In this document: piece by piece, positions 23,593 to 36,181 of the stretch
Position numbering within the stretch: the first letter of the stretch is position 1
How the letters are laid out: each line of letters starts with the position of its first letter
Origin: Isurus oxyrinchus
Lineage: Eukaryota
Assembly: GCA_026770705.1 (NCBI GenBank)
Contig: JANJGN010000022.1
Location: 2,790,001 to 2,854,000, forward strand
Reading direction: 5' to 3'
Length of the DNA stretch: 64,000 bases
The notes under the pieces: model-generated
What the model saw: the letters and a program-made list of their open reading frames with translations, nothing else
What the model was told of the DNA's origin: nothing
Databases searched by the model: none
Position numbers and translations under genes: made by a program

Positions 23593-24794
23593 ATAAATGG
23601 AAAGTACCTAACTGCTCAGATCTCTAACTGGCTCCCATAGGGTCCGTCTAATTTCACATTGAAGTGGAAGGTAAATTGATCTGGCAGGAAAGATGGAAAA
23701 TGTTGTTTACTGAATGGAAACAGGTCTCGGTACACCAGGCGTGGCCATCTTACTACCTACATCACCTCAACAACAGAAAATTATTTACTTCTGTGACATC
23801 ATCTTTATAGCACTCAGGTCTTAAGGATTAACAGTTGCATTTTACCTAACACAGAGCAATCCTACTTGCGTTACTGACATTCTAAGGGGTAGATGGTGGA
23901 TAAATTCAAAGGAGCAAGATTAGCGAGTTTAGGTATTTGAAAAGCACTGCTTAATATTACTGAATGTGATGTTGTGCCATTTGTTGGTCTGGTATTTGAA
24001 TGGCTAACCATGTATTTAATATATTAATAATTTTACATCTGTCTGGATGTTGTCAACTTTCTTCATTATAATTTCCTACTTCCAAATCGAGAATGGAAAT
24101 TGCCACGCAATCTTGTAATTACAACCTCTCCTCACCTGACAAGTTTACATTGGTACTTTCTGTTATAAATGTGGACACAGGCATTTATAATGGAGATTAA
24201 AAGTGAAGGACACAATGTCGGACTTTAACATGGAGATTGAATTATGTGAGCACTTGCTCGGTCAACTTCCTTCACCGTCTATCTCTCTTTCACCTGACGT
24301 TTATACTTTGGTCTCTGACTTAGAGACTCTTTCATAAAGGAAATTGTCATGATCTTGATGTGCTGCTTTGAAAGGATGGTGAAAGCGGATTTGACCCAAC
24401 CTTCCAAAGGGAATTGGTAAATACTTGAAAAGGAGAGATATGCAGGGCTATGAAAAATTACCGGGGGAGTGGGACTAATTGGATAGCTCTTTCAAAGAGG
24501 CACGATGGACTGAATGGCTTCCTTTTGCACTGTACAAATCCATGATTTCTATATCTTTATCATCTGTAAATTAGAGGTTGCATATTTTCATTTTATCAGC
24601 ACTGTTTGTCAGCCTTTTGATTTTATTCACTTACTGAGCCACATCTGCATCTTTAGAAAGATCAAATTGCTTTATAAAGTTCCCCTACTTTATTTCTAAT
24701 TACTTTCTTGTCTTTTTTTAATGTTGATGGTTTAATCGTTGAATGTTCAGGCCAAGCTGCAGTGTGCTGCAGTTACCCAACAGCATGTGATCAG

Positions 24795-25027
24795 CTGAAA
24801 TAAAAACCGAAAATGCTGGAAAGACTCAGCCAGTCTGGCAGCATCTGTGGAGAGAGAAACAGAGTTAGTGTTTCAAATGCAATATGAATCCGAAGAAGAG
24901 TCATAGGACTCGAAATGATAACTCGGTTTCTCTCTCCACAGATGCTGCCAGACCTGCTGAGTTTTTTTCGGCATTTTTTCCTTTTTATTTTAGATTTCCA
25001 GCATCCACAGTATTTTGCTTTTATTTT
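24795..25027. mobile_element. Non-coding palindromic Penelope-terminus element
   Basis: Two inverted copies of the PLE terminal arm (ctcagccagtctggcagcatctgtggagagagaaacagagtt / aactcggtttctctctccacagatgctgccagacctgctgag) around a decayed hammerhead motif. Confidence 0.8.
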
Positions 25028-26084
25028 AGTGTGTGGGAGCTGGATTGGTTTGAACATTCATGTAATCATTAACCACTGCTGATTGTACCATCACGCAGTT
25101 TCCATGGTGCAAGTTAATGCAGTCTCTGCTCTTGCTGTAACTCCTCCAGTCGGTTCCCAGAATATGTTATCAACACTCGCTGCTACAATGAAAATAGGTC
25201 TTTTTAAAAAAAAATCACAAGAAAGCAATGTGCTTAAAGCTCATCAGAGTTCCTTGTAACCATTTCCCATTCAATGGGTCCCTGATGTGATGAGTTCCTC
25301 ATTAACAAGGGTCCCTGATGGTAAGACTCCCTCTTTAAAAGGGATTCCACATGGTGAAATTCCCACTTTAAAAAGGTCCCGGATATGTTCCTGAGGTACA
25401 AACATTGCTGCTTGTTGCATGTTCTCCCCATGACAGAAGAGGATATATTTCATAAGTCCGACTCCAACCAACGTGTGCCACAATTGAATGCTACTCTTCA
25501 CAAATACTAATTGTTAAAAACACAGGCCACAGTTATAGGCTTATGCACTAAGCCAGGTTGATCTCCAGAAGGGGTCAGGGAATACAGTGTGTAATTTTGC
25601 TTAGAACAGACAAACACCCACTAATCCTGGACACAACAGCTGTTCCAGCCTTAAGGAACAACCGTCATTAAATTAATCGCTGCAAGACCCTGGAATTATA
25701 AAGTTACTGCACTGTGATCAGCAGGTGTGTCATTCACACCAACTCTACTAAACTTTTAAAGGGGCCGTTCTGGGCCAACATTTTACACCCAAACTTGAAT
25801 GTAAGGTGTGATTCTTTTTTACAATATGTTTGAGATGTACAAAGGTACACATTTTATCATGAGTTCTCCAAATGTCGGTGCTGTTGACAAGGCTGCATTT
25901 ATTGCTGATCCCCGGATCCCAATCAAATTGAGAGGCTTGCTAGGCTCTTTGAGAGGAATTCAGAGTCAGCCAGGTGTGTGGGATAGGCTGACATAATGTG
26001 CAGGCTGGCTACAGGTTCTCTGTCCTGAAGGAATCGCAGGTAAACATTCAACTTTTGCAAAAAACCCACAATAGTATCTAGAAT

Positions 26085-26400
26085 ACAAAGGCAGCAACAT
26101 CTCCCAAACTCACAACCTCCATTATCTGGAAGGACAAGGGCAGCAGGTGCACAGGAACACCACTACCTCAAAAGTTCTCCTCCAAGTCAAGCACCAGCCT
26201 AATTTGGGCATATATCTGCTGCTCCTTCATTGTTGCGAGGTCAAAATCCTGAAATTCCCTCCCCAACAGTTCTGCGGGAGTGACTAACAACAGTGGTTCA
26301 AGAAGGAGACTCTCCAGCATCTTCTGAGGACCGACTAGGGATTGGTAATAAAATGCCGGGCTTGCTAGTCACACCCATATCCTGAATTAGAATGAATTTT
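26085..26400 (+). mobile_element. 3' fragment of the second LINE family (as at 28324-28903)
   Basis: gaaggacaagggcagcagg..caggaacaccactacc...gtcaaaatcctg...gtggttcaagaagg...actagggattggtaataaaatg. Confidence 0.65.
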
Positions 26401-27244
26401 TAAAAATTGGAATTCTTAAAATAAGACCAAGATGTTGTGCATCTCAGTGTCAGTCTAGTTACTGGTCCATCCAAGCAGATCAGAAGTGCTCTGGATTTTC
26501 AGGGCTAATTCCTAGTTTGCTATTCCGTTGACATAACCAGTGAAGTACTGTACCCAATATTAACTGCAATATAGTTTTACACTTTGTTACTTAGTTGTAT
26601 GATTGTTGAACTATTTGGAAAATTCAAGATCAACCATTTATAGGGTCTACTATTCTTAATGTGCAACTCAGTGCAGAGCAGTCTTATCTGGCTGTCCTAC
26701 CTTTGTTGCACTGGGCCTCACACTGACTGAACATGCAATTGCAGTTTATGAGGATCTTGGCCCCTACAGGCACTTGGACAAGTGTGGATCAATTCAAGAA
26801 AGCCAGAATGGATTTGTTAAAAGTAAATCATGTTTGACAAACTTGATTTGAGTTTTTTGCTGAGGTAGCAGGGAGGGTTGATATGGGTATTTCAATTGAT
26901 GTAGTGTATATGTGACTTCCAAAAACTATTTGAAAAAGTGTCACAGAATAGGAATAGCAAAGTTAAAGCCCATGGAATAAAAGGAACAGTAGCAACATGG
27001 ATACAAAATTGGCTGAGCGACAGGAAACTGAGAATAGTGGTGAACAGTGGAGGAATTGGAGGAAGTTATAGTGGGGTCAGTACTAGGACCACTGCTTTTC
27101 TTGATTTATATTAATGACCTAGACTTGGATGTAAAGAACAATTTTAAAACTTGCAGATAACACAGAGCTTGGAAGTATTGTGAATTGCGAGGAGGATAGT
27201 GATAAGCTTCAAGAGGATATAGATCAATGGAATGGGCTGGTGAA

Positions 27245-27801
27245 ATTTTTTTTTATATATTCACTCACAGGATGTGGGCTCTGCTGGCTGGGTCAGCATT
27301 TATTGCCCATCCCTAGTTGCCCTTGAGAAGGTGGGGGGTGAGCTGTCTTCTTGAACCGCTGCAGTCCATGCTGTGTAGGTACACCCACAGCGCTGTTAGG
27401 AAAGGAGTTCCAGGGTTTTGACCCAGCGACAGTGAAGGGATGGCGATATGTTTCCAAATCCGGATGGTGAGTGGCTTGGAGGGGAACTTCCAAGTGGTGA
27501 TGTTCCCATGTGTCTGCTGCCCTTGTCCTTCTAGGTGGTTGTGGTTGTGGGTTTGGAAGGTGTGTCTGTCAAAGGAGCCTTGGTGAATTCCTGCAGTGCC
27601 TCTTGTAGATGGTACACACACTGCTGCTACTGTGCGTCGGTGGTGGAGGGAGTGAGTGTTTGTGGATGTGGTGCCAATCAAGCGGGGCTGCTTTGTCCTG
27701 GATGGTGTTGAGCTTCTTGAGTGTTGTGGGAGCTGCACTCATCCAGGCAAGTGGAGAGTATTCCATCATACTCCTGACTTGTGCTTTGTAGATGGTGGAC
27801 A
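27245..27801 (-). mobile_element. 5'-truncated LINE of a second (CR1-group) family
   Basis: Minus strand STIYKAQVRSMMEYSPLAWMSAAPTTLKKLNTIQDKAA, then 3' tail ...caagggcaactagggatgggcaataaatgct and poly(A). Confidence 0.8.
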
Positions 27802-28323
27802 GAAATTTAACACAGAGAAGTCCGAAGTGATAGGATGAACGAAGAGAGGCAATATAAAACAAAGGATACAATTCTAAAGTGGGCGCAGGAGTAAAGGCAC
27901 CTGTACATATGTGCACAAATCATTGTTGAAGGTGGCAGAGCAGGTTGAGAAAGTGGTTATTAAGGCATATGGGATCCTAGGCTTTATCAACAGAGGCGTG
28001 GAATACAAAAGCAAGGAAATTATGATGAACCTTTATAAAATACTGGTTCAGCCTCAACTGGAGTAGTGTGTCCAATTCCAGGCACCACATTTTAGGAAGG
28101 ACGTGAAGGCTTTAGAGAGGGTGCAGAAAGATTTACAAGGATGGTTCCAGGAACGAGGAACTTTGGTCATATGGATAGATTGAAGAAGCTGGGGCTGTTC
28201 TCCTTTGGGAGGAGGAAGTTGAGAGGAGATTTGATAGAAGTGTTCAAACTCATGAGGGGTCTGGACAGGGTAGATAAAGATAAACTGTTCCCATTGGTGG
28301 AAGAATCAAGAACCAGAGGGCAC

Positions 28324-28903
28324 TGAGTAACTCATCTCCTGACTCCCCGAAACCTGTCCACCATCTACAATGCACAAGTCAGGAGTGTGATGGAATACTC
28401 CCCACTTGCCTGGATGAGTGCAGCTCCAACAACACTCAAGAAGCTCGACACCATCCAGGACAAAGCAGCCCCGCTTGATTGGCACCCTGTCCACAAACAT
28501 TCACTCCCTCCACCACCAACACACATTTGCAGCAGTGTGTACTGTCTACAAGATGCACTGCAGGAATTCACCAAGGCTCCATCGACAGCACCTTCCAAAC
28601 CCAAAACCTCTACCATTTAGAAGGACAAGGGCAGCTGACACATGGGAACACCACCACCTGGAAGTTCCCCTCCAAGTCACCCACCATCCTGATTTGGAAA
28701 TATATCAGTGTTCCTTCACTGTCACTGGGTCAAAATCCTGGAACTCCCTCCCTAACAGCACTGTGGGTGTACCTATACCACATGGACTACGGTGGTTCAA
28801 GAAGGCAGCTCACCACCACCTTCTCAAGGGCAACTAGGGATGGGCAATAAAGGATGGCCCAGCCAGCGACGCCCACATCCGGTGAACAAATACGTAAAAA
28901 AAA
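28324..28903 (+). mobile_element. 5'-truncated LINE of the same second family
   Basis: MEYSPLAWMSAAPTTLKKLDTIQDKAA...HSLHH....AAVCTVYKMHC; tail caagggcaactagggatgggcaataaa...gcccacatcc with an A-rich end. Confidence 0.8.
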
Positions 28904-29909
28904 AGGTGAATGGCAAAAGAATCAAAGGCATGATGAGGAAAAACTTATTTACACAGCGACTGGTTAGGATCTGGAATGCACTGTGGTGCAGGCACATTCA
29001 ATCATGGATTTCAAAGAGGAATTCGTTAAGTACGTCAAGGGGAAAAAAATTACAGAGATACGGGGAAAGGGTCAAAGAGTGGAACTAGTTAAACTGCTGT
29101 TGCAGAGAGCCAGCATGAACCAGATGGGCTGAATGGTTTCCATTTGTGCTGTAATTATTCTATGATTCCAGGGAAGCCCTTCAAACAAACTGTCCGTAAT
29201 CCCAATGAGCAGATCACAGTGTTGCTTTGTACCTAAATTAGCTCAACCACTTTCACTCGAGCTGTCTCCAGAAGCCCCTGAAGATCAGATTGCAGGACAA
29301 AACACCACTCAGGTGCTCACCTAAGCTGGCACGCCAAGCTTCCACACCATACTGAGAGTCACAACTGAGTTGGGTTGGTCATGTAACCAGAATGCCTGAC
29401 ATTTGCTTAACAAAGTGAATCTTCTATGGAGAGCTTGAGTGCTCTCGCACGGTGGTCAAAGGAAGCACTAGGAGGTTACTCTGACAGCTTCGCTTAGGAG
29501 ATTTGAGTCTTGGGAGAAGCTCACCCAGGGTCACTGCACCTGGCGCAACCAAATGAAAACAGTGCAGTCTCCTTCGAAAACAAGTGCATGTCAAAGGCAG
29601 AGAGAAATCATAAGGAGAGGAAATCCCGAGCCAGCAACTCAGCCAAAACTCAATTGCCTGCACTTTCCTGTTCTGTTGGCAGCAGAACATTCTGGGGGCA
29701 GATCAGCCTTAACAGTCGCGTACGTACCCACATCCTTCCAAACACCCCTGATGATGAACATGGTCATCTTTGCCTTAAAGGAGACACAATCACTTAAATT
29801 AGCCAACTGGACAACCTTCCCAAAGGCAACCAAGACTGACTTGGTCAGAGTCAGTTGTCAGATCAACCATTCATGAATGCTGCACCTTATCATATTTCTC
29901 AACAACACC

Positions 29910-30560
29910 TCCTGCAGTAAATTACTTTAAAAAGCAACCTGTCTTGTTACACAGGATCATGTCCATAGCAAGATCTCACAAACAGCAATAAGGTAAATGA
30001 CTCAGTTTCTTGTGATATTCATGCAGGATGAAATATTGACTGAGATCCCAGGGGTATTAGCTCACTGGTCTTGTTCAAATATCACCAGACTGATACCAGA
30101 GCCAGAGTGGTAAAATTATGATGACAGGTTGCATAAATTAGGCTTGTACTCCTTGGGATTTTCTTCACACAAAGGTTAGTTGAAATTTGGAATTTTATTT
30201 CCAAAAAGCTGTAAGTACTGGGACCCAGTTGAAAATTTCGAACCTGAGATTGCTAGGTTTTTATTAGGGAAGTAAATGAAGGGATACAGAACCAAAGCAA
30301 GTAAATGCATTTGAAAGACAGGCTATGATTGAACTGAAAGTTGGACAGGGTCAAGGGACTGAATGGCATCCTGTTCCTCAGATCTTTAACACCAAACAGA
30401 ACAAGCAGATGGGGCCTCAGTTAAACATCACGTCCGAAAGATGAACCTCTGACAGTGCAACACTTCCTCAGTATTGCACTGAAGTCTCAATCTGGATTAT
30501 ATGCTCAAATCTTGAAGCCAGAACTTTTTAATCCAGTGGTGAGTGTGATTCCACCAGCCA
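29910..30560 (-). mobile_element. Degenerate Deu-domain SINE split by a CR1 3' fragment (~30100-30378)
   Basis: agcaagatctcacaaacagcaat (29968) and ggggcctcagttaaacatcacgtccgaaagat..cctctgacagtgcaacacttcctcagta (30411) flank a CR1 tail. Confidence 0.55.
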
Positions 30561-31054
30561 AACTGGCAGTCTCAAGGCAGAGAAATTGGAAGCGACAGCA
30601 TTCCATCATGTGTATCGAGGACAATTAAACATGAGACGGGTTTATGCAAGTTCTTGGCTGCTCCCACTGTCTGGTGGAATAAAGGCACATTGAATACTGA
30701 CTTTCAACCGACATCATCTATCTCTGACCAATAGCACTCTTGGAAAAGGACCTGACATATCATACCCAGTAATGTGAATGATTAAAATTCTAATTTCATT
30801 AGAACCTGGGAATGATTGAACCCAGATCAAAGCCTGAACAGAGCAACATGAGAGGTAAATTCCAAATATCCAAGAAAGTTGCCTTAGGCTCTCTGAAGAT
30901 ATATTGCACCCAGCAAGCCAGTCTTACAGAAGCAAAGGTGGCCTAATGGGTGTGAGCCTTTGGTGAAGCCATTAATGAAATTGCTGTAACTTTATAGTGT
31001 CATCAGCTACACGAATAATCATGGGTGAGAATCACGGCCACTTTAAAACTTGAA

Positions 31055-31125
31055 CAGTGCAGAGGGAGCTTTACTCTGTATCTAACCTGCAGTATACCTG
31101 CCTTGGGAGTGTTTGATGGGGATAC
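31055..31125 (-). repeat. Solitary monomer of the 69-bp satellite
   Basis: acagtgcagagggagctttactctgtatctaacc...tacctgccttgggagtgtttgatgggga matches the 63203-64000 unit. Confidence 0.8.
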
Positions 31126-31679
31126 TAGATATGTAGATCTGTTATTAGCATCTATGGAAACAAGAATACCATATGTTGTCAATGTTGAAATAAAAGTAAG
31201 TTATATTTGAACTTTAAGTAAAAACTCTTTTTAACCTTGGAAGTAGTTAACTAAAGCATTGCATAAAATCAAATTGGCACAATGATTTCAAAACTAGTTG
31301 GACTCGTGACAATTCAAATATAGTCGACTGGCTTGATAAGACTGTATCAGCAAAGCAAGCGTTTACAATCTTTGTACATGGAAGATTAACCTGGTGAAAA
31401 AAAGGAGTAAAACTCACAGATACATTGACTTGCCTATTTAATTAGAACTGGTTCTCAAATTTCTCTTATTTGTGAGAAGATTTTCCAGGGTGTCCAGTTT
31501 ACTCCCATATATGTCTCTGAGCACCCTTCTGTGTCTCTGAGCTCATTTCTGTATCCTTTATTCTAAGCTTTTCCTGAAACTTTCTTTTCCAAACAAAAAT
31601 AAGATTAGCTATGACTGGTGGTGCAATGAAGCCATGGCAAACTGTTCTGTATAGTAATGTCCAGAGTAGCCATACATCA

Positions 31680-32780
31680 ACGACAGCTGACTAACTGAGT
31701 GAAGACTTGGAGTTTGGTGAGAGGGGAGTTTGGTGATGGGGGAGAAGGAGTTGTTCATTTCCTCTTTCTATCTTTCTCACCCTATAGAAATTGGTTCTTG
31801 CTCTACCACAGGGAAAGGAGCTAGCTGTTTGGTGAGTATCTGGTAAGTTGTAAGTTCTATTCTATCCCTAAGGTTTAAAATAGTACAAAATTTGGTTGTA
31901 AAGTTAATAAAATATATAAAAAAGCAACATAAATAAGTGATTAATATAATGAAGTAATTGTTTAAAACACATTAAGGATGGCAGGATAGGTGATGTGACA
32001 AGGCTGCAGCCTGTGGGAGCTCCTGGATAACATTGTGATCCAGGGAAAACACGTCTGCAGTAAGTGTATGCGGCTCGAGGAGCTTTGGCTCAGAGTCATT
32101 GAGCTGGAGGCTGAGCTGCAGACAGTGTAGCACATCAGGGAGGGGGAAAGTTACCTGGATTCTTTATACCAGGAGGCGGTCACACCACTTAGGACAGGGT
32201 CTTCTGATTTGGTCAGTGGTCAGAGACAGGAGGATGTGACTACAAATGAGGTAGGTAAGGGGACCCAGAGGGCAGGAGTGTCAGCCTCTCAATTGTGCAA
32301 TAGGTTTGAGGTTCTCTCAGCTTGTTTGGATGAGAGCGGGGGGCTGCAGGGTGGATGAGCAAACTGACCATGGCACCGTGGTATAGGGAGCCATTCAAGT
32401 GGGGGAAACAAACAGGATTGTAGCGGTAGTAGGGGACACTATAGTGTGGGGGATTGACGCTGTCCTCTGTAGCAAAGAGCAAGAGTGCAGACAGCTTTTT
32501 TTGCCTGCCCGGTGCCAGAGTTCGGGACTTCTGCACAGGGTTCGAGAGCAGCTTGCAGTGGGAGGGGGAGAATCCAGTGGTCGTGGTCCATGTAAGTACC
32601 ATGGACATTGGCAGGATGAGGAAGAAGGCTCAGCGTTGTCAATATGACAAGCTAGGCACAGAATTGAGAAGTAGAACCTCAAAGATAATAATCTCTGGAT
32701 TATTACCCGAGACACCTGCAAATTGGCACGTGACAAATAAGATTGGAGAAATGAATGCGTGGCTCAGAGATGGTGTGGGA
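31680..32780 (+). mobile_element. CR1 5'UTR plus ORF1 relic (zinc-finger/coiled-coil and SGNH esterase-like domain)
   Basis: From ~31978: Cys-rich region and C.KC..LEEL.LRVIELEAEL; later VVGDTIV.GID, CLPGARVRD, VVVVHVST.DIG, KIIISGLLP. Stops and frameshifts present. Confidence 0.8.
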
Positions 32781-35249
32781 GAAGGCACTCTGTGTGGAGG
32801 AGTCACATTCTGAGGCTAATTGCAGCAGAAAGTTTCTGCAGATAGGCAGCTGTTGGTGACTATCTGGCTCCTGTCCTTGACAAGAGGGCACCTTATTCAG
32901 GTCATAAAACGGCAGAGGAAAGTATGGGCGTTTTTTTCTTAAATACTTTGAGCAGTTTGAAAGGAGTTTGAAATGGGTAAGATTTCTCAGATGTTATTTT
33001 TACAATCTACATTCTGGGAGTCAGCCTTTGCTTTCTCGTTCCACTCACTGTGAAACGATGTTTTTTTTAAACGTTGTGAACTAACATCAAACTGACCGTC
33101 TCCCTGTCATCTTGAAATCTCTGGTACCCAATTCCAAGCGTACTTTTATTACTTACACCAGAAACCATCCCCATACCACTTGGCAGGTGACTCTCCGAAC
33201 TGAGTCATTGGTGTAAACTGCACCTAGATCCAGGAACTGAGCCTGCCCTGAAACACAGCCAGCACTGCAGCAGCAGTCCTTTAAAAACTACTGAAAAGAT
33301 GGATGGATAATTTATCCCAATGCACCATGTCACTGTTAAAAGCCTAAATTAATAAATGCTGAGAATTAAATACATATTGAGTTAATAGTAGTTTAGAATG
33401 AGATAATATTGGGTTAATAACTGTTTGAAATTGGATTAATATTGGGTTAAAAATCACTTAAACTTGACATCGGAAATAACTTTTCCAGCAGTTATAAATA
33501 TAAAATGGTATAGTTTTCTCCTTCAATGTTATCTTTCCAGATTACAGAAAGAGAATTAATTTAAACAGTCACAGTCTATACTCTGGAGAGGACAATGGGA
33601 ACAAAAGCTTTTTAAATTCAATTACAGCTGAATGTTTTACAAAAATTATAAACATTTTTATTTAAGTCCCGGCCTTAAAAAGATACCTGTTTGCTTTGAT
33701 TCTGCCCTTGTTAGTGTCCCAGAAAATCACTTACAATCACACTCTAGCAGCATGGACTGTGTTATTTTTAGGTTGCACTGTTGGACTATACATTTCCAAG
33801 CAGTGTTGTGACTATCAGAGAAACATTGGGAGTATGTGAATCAGCTAAAAGACGGGTTGCAAGCCCATTAGGGTATGTTAATGAAAATGATAACCTTTCT
33901 AAACTAAGTTTCTTAGTTCAAACAAGGGAGTTTTACAAACTGAGGATGAGGGTGTGATGGGTGCGATACTTTCCCTCTCTCCATGAGATGGGGCATATAC
34001 AGATGGCAATATCTGCAGCGCCTGCCTTAGGCTGCTATCTGCTTTCAAACCAGAAATTTATTTCCCCGAATGGGTTCTCCAGAAAATTTCTGAAATGTAA
34101 AATAGACAACTGAAAATGTACCTTTAGAATCTTTCTGTCTAATTATCTAAATGTCACGCTGATCAGGAAACAGTGTCCCAACCTCTGACAGGGACTAACC
34201 ATTACCAATCTGTCAGCTTTTCAGGTAATCACTGGCTGCTATTATCAAACCAAGCTGATAACTTTAGGCTGCAGTTTTCACACTGACCACTAACAGAAAT
34301 GAAACCAAGTGCTGGTGGTACACAACCAGGTGTTGCCAACCCTCCAGGATTGTCCTGGAGTCTCCAGGAATTAGAGATTCATTCCCACTGCTTCAAGCAA
34401 CACCCAGGAAAAATACACACGAGGCATGAAAAATTGTGTATTTTAGAAACATAGAAAAATAGAAGTAGGAATAGATCATTTGGCTATTCGAGCCTGCTCT
34501 GCCATTCAATATGATCATGGCTGATCCTCTATCTCAATGCCATACTCCCACTCTCTCCCCATACCCCTTGATGCCTTTAGAGTCTAGAAATCTATTTCCT
34601 TCTTAAATATATTCAGTGACTTGGCCTCCACAGCCTCTGTGGTAGAGAATTCCATAGTTTCTCCACCCTATGAATGAAGACGTTTCTCCTCAGCTCAGTC
34701 CCAAATAGTCTACCCCGTATCCTGAGACTGTGACCCCTGGTTCTAGATCCCCCCCCCCAGCCACAAGAAACATCATCCCCGCATCCAGTCTGTCCAGCCC
34801 TGTCAGAATTTTACATGTTAAAATGAGATCCCCTCTCATTCTTCTAAACTCCAGTGAATACAGGCCTAGTCAGCCCAATCTCTCCTCAAACAACAATCCT
34901 GCCATCCCAGGAATCAGTCTGGTGAACCTTCACTGCACTCCCTCTATGGCAAGTATATACTTTCTTAGGTAAGGAGACCAAAACTGCACACAACACTCCA
35001 GGTGTGGTCTCACCAAGGCCCTGTACAGCTGCAGTAAGACATCCTTGCCCCTGTATTCAAGTCCTCTCACAATGAAGGCCAATATACCATTTGCCTTCTT
35101 AACTGCTTGCTGCACCTGCATGTTTGCTTTCAGTGATTGGTGTACAAGGACACCCAGGTCTCTTTGTAACAACATTTCCCAATCTATCACAAAAACAGAA
35201 TTACCTGGAAAAACTCAGCAGGTCTGGCAGCATCGGCGGAGAAGAAAAG

Positions 35250-35288
35250 AGTTGACGTTTCGAGTCCTCATGACCCTTCGACAGAACT
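35250..35288 (-). ncRNA. Minimal hammerhead-like motif with variant core
   Basis: Minus strand AGUU CUGUCGA A GGGUC AUGAG GACUC GAAAC GUC AACU; both stems fully paired, GUC cleavage triplet. Confidence 0.55.
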
Positions 35289-36142
35289 TGATTTCGAGTC
35301 CAAGAAAGAGTTGAAATATAAGCTGGTTTAAGGTGTGTGTGTGGGGGGGCGGAGAGATAGAGAGAGAGAGAGGTGGTTGTGTGGACAAACAAGCAGTGAT
35401 AGAAGTAGATCATCAAAAGATGTCAGCGACAATGGTACAAAAGAACACATAGGTGTTAAAGTTAAAGTTGGTGATATTATCTAAACGAATGTGCTAATTA
35501 AGAATGGATGGTAGGGCACTCAAGGTACAGCTCTAGTGGGGGTGGAGGGAGCATAAAAGATTTTAAAATATTTAAAAATAATGGAAATAGGAGGGAAAAG
35601 AAAAATCTATAAAATTTATAGGGAAAAAGAAGGGAAAAGGGGGGAAACAGAAAGGGGGTGGGGATGGGGGAGGGAGCTCACGACCTAAAGTTGTTGAATT
35701 CAATATTCAGACCGGAAGGCTGTAAGGTGCCTTGTCGGAAGATGAGGTGTTGTTCCTCCAGTTTGCGTTGGGCTTCACTGGAACAATGCAGTAAGCCAAG
35801 GACAGACATGTGGGCAAGGGAGCAGGGTGGAGTGTTAAAATGGCAAGCGACAGGGAGGTTTGGGTCATTCTTGCGGACAGACCGCAGGTGTTCTGCAAAG
35901 CGGTCGCCCAGTTTACGTTTGGTCTCTCCAATGTAGAGGAGACCACATTGGGAGCAACGAATGCAGTAGACTAAGTTGGGGGAAATGCAAGTGAAATGCT
36001 GCTTCACTTGAAAGGAGTGTTTGGGCCCTTGGACGGTGAGGAGAGAGGAAGTGAAGGGGCAGGTGTTACATCTTTTGCGTGGGCATGGGGTGGTGCCATA
36101 GGAGGGGGTTGAGTAGTCAACTCTTTCTTGGACTCAAAATCA

Positions 36143-36181
36143 AGTTCTGTCGAAGGGTCATGAGGACTCGAAACGTCAACT
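36143..36181 (+). ncRNA. Minimal hammerhead-like motif with variant core (inverted copy)
   Basis: agtt ctgtcga a gggtc atgag gactc gaaac gtc aact, identical to the 35250-35288 copy. Confidence 0.55.

Larger units (their letters stand above)
26760..29168 (+). mobile_element. CR1 ORF2 3' half, interrupted by two LINE insertions
   Basis: RT-like segments at 26760-27240 resume at ~27800-28323 (MDRLKKLGLFSFGRRKLRGDLIEVFK..RG) and at 28904-29168 (RKNLFTQRLVRIWNAL plus tail). Confidence 0.8.

Noticed and set aside
35678-36007. Intact-looking GIY-YIG ORF as a host nuclease gene
   Set aside because: It lies inside a TSD-bounded, 5'-truncated Penelope insertion with no RT or promoter.
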